The position numbers were made by a program, and so were the translations under genes. From Camelus ferus (Eukaryota): 64,000 nt of DNA. Every line of letters begins with the position of its first letter. The first letter of the stretch is position 1. The notes under the pieces are model-generated. The model was not told the DNA's origin. It saw only the letters and a program-made list of their open reading frames with translations, and ran no database searches. The stretch lies in the NCBI RefSeq assembly GCF_009834535.1, contig NC_045697.1, forward strand, positions 78,556,001 through 78,620,000, in the 5' to 3' direction. This document shows, piece after piece, positions 62,861 through 64,000 of this stretch.

Positions 62861-64000
62861 ATATGGACTTTCATTCTAAAAATATTTATTCTCTCATTTG
62901 CCCTTTGCTAATAGATATTAACTAATTTTAGGTATTTTAGATTCAGGTCATGTTAATTTTTTCTTTCTAAAGTGGTTATCTTTTATTATCATTATAAGAG
63001 AAAACAGACTGAAGGTAACAAAATTCCCAAATATGGATGTTTAAACAATGAAAAGGAAAAGTCTCTCTCCTACATTCATTTCTAGTTTTTTTATTCTTTG
63101 ATGGTTATTTAAATAATTCAAATAACTATGCTTATACCTTAATTTCTAAACATACACATTTAGATATTATCAATAGTTTCACCTCAATAAAAATATTAAT
63201 TATACTGCCTTACGCCACTACATCCCTTCTCCTAAAAATAGTATGCAGATACTTTTTAACTTTTTTCATTTTTTATTTTAGTACGTAATACCTTAAGTAA
63301 TGTATTCAAACCTCCATTTCTCATTCCATCATTGCAGATTATATTTCCTGACTCCCAGGTTTGGAAGATATAAATGATAGGTTGCAGCAGGTCTAGAAGG
63401 TGATCATGCCATCTGTGTTAAAACAGAAAATCAGAGGCTTTGAGATAAAGGTCCTCAGAAAAGAGTGGATTCCAGTTTGATCTGGTATAATTAAGTAGGT
63501 CTGTGTTCACAATGATAAAGTATAGCTAGATGTTGCTTTTTACAGACAAGAGAAAATAAAGACAATTGGAAATTCCAGGGGGAGAGGAACTGTAAAATAA
63601 CACCATGAGCCTAATATAAGCGAAACTAAGATGTTATGTGACTCAGTGACCAATGGAGTACATTTCCTATTCAACAGACCTACCTAATCAAATAAACTTA
63701 ATTCTGATCTAAATAACATTTTATACTATTATATTTTAAACTCTTTACTTGCTTTCAATGATCAGAATCATCTTATAGATTTTTGAATCAAGGAAAGTGA
63801 TTCTAGTTACAACAGAAGATCTAATTACAATAAAAGGTAATGGTATGACAGAAGAAGAAGGCTGTGGAAACAAGGAAAGGCAGAGAAGGCAGGGTACGAT
63901 AATAAATAACGATTTTTAGAAGAAAGAAGTTCTCGAGGACGGTCACTAAAATAAATTTAATTGATGTAATATCCACATGTTTTAATACTTCTGAAATAAA

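Noticed and set aside
1..64000. Protein-coding gene, CRISPR array, prokaryotic-type system or other novel gene cluster
   Set aside because: This is mammalian repeat-rich non-coding DNA. No ORF resembles a cellular protein, I see no exon chain, and there is no repeat-spacer array.

Overview
AT-rich mammalian non-coding DNA with no protein-coding gene I can support; nearly all listed ORFs are noise or repeat relics. A tRNA-derived SINE (38054-38187) and the L1 3' ends suggest a camelid (Camelus/Vicugna/Lama). Much of the window is interspersed repeat (L1, HAL1-like, L2, MIR, MLT1/ERVL LTRs, MER5A, MER20), several copies with clean target-site duplications or nested insertions. The strongest signal is a ~1.3 kb block (about 24560-25950) in a ~5 kb repeat-free stretch. 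It carries 15 TGACA/TGTCA TALE-homeodomain cores and a perfect PBX-MEIS decamer, and looks like a deeply conserved developmental enhancer. Also notable: a ~3.9 kb ancient MaLR/ERV-L provirus relic with readable gag/RT/RNase H motifs, a twin-primed L1 inside a four-layer nested insertion, a 47-bp micro-L1 with a 16-bp TSD, a palindromic RFX X-box, and an 89-bp dispersed duplication. I see no evidence for a novel gene system. Repeat family names come from recalled consensus sequences and need Dfam/RepeatMasker confirmation.
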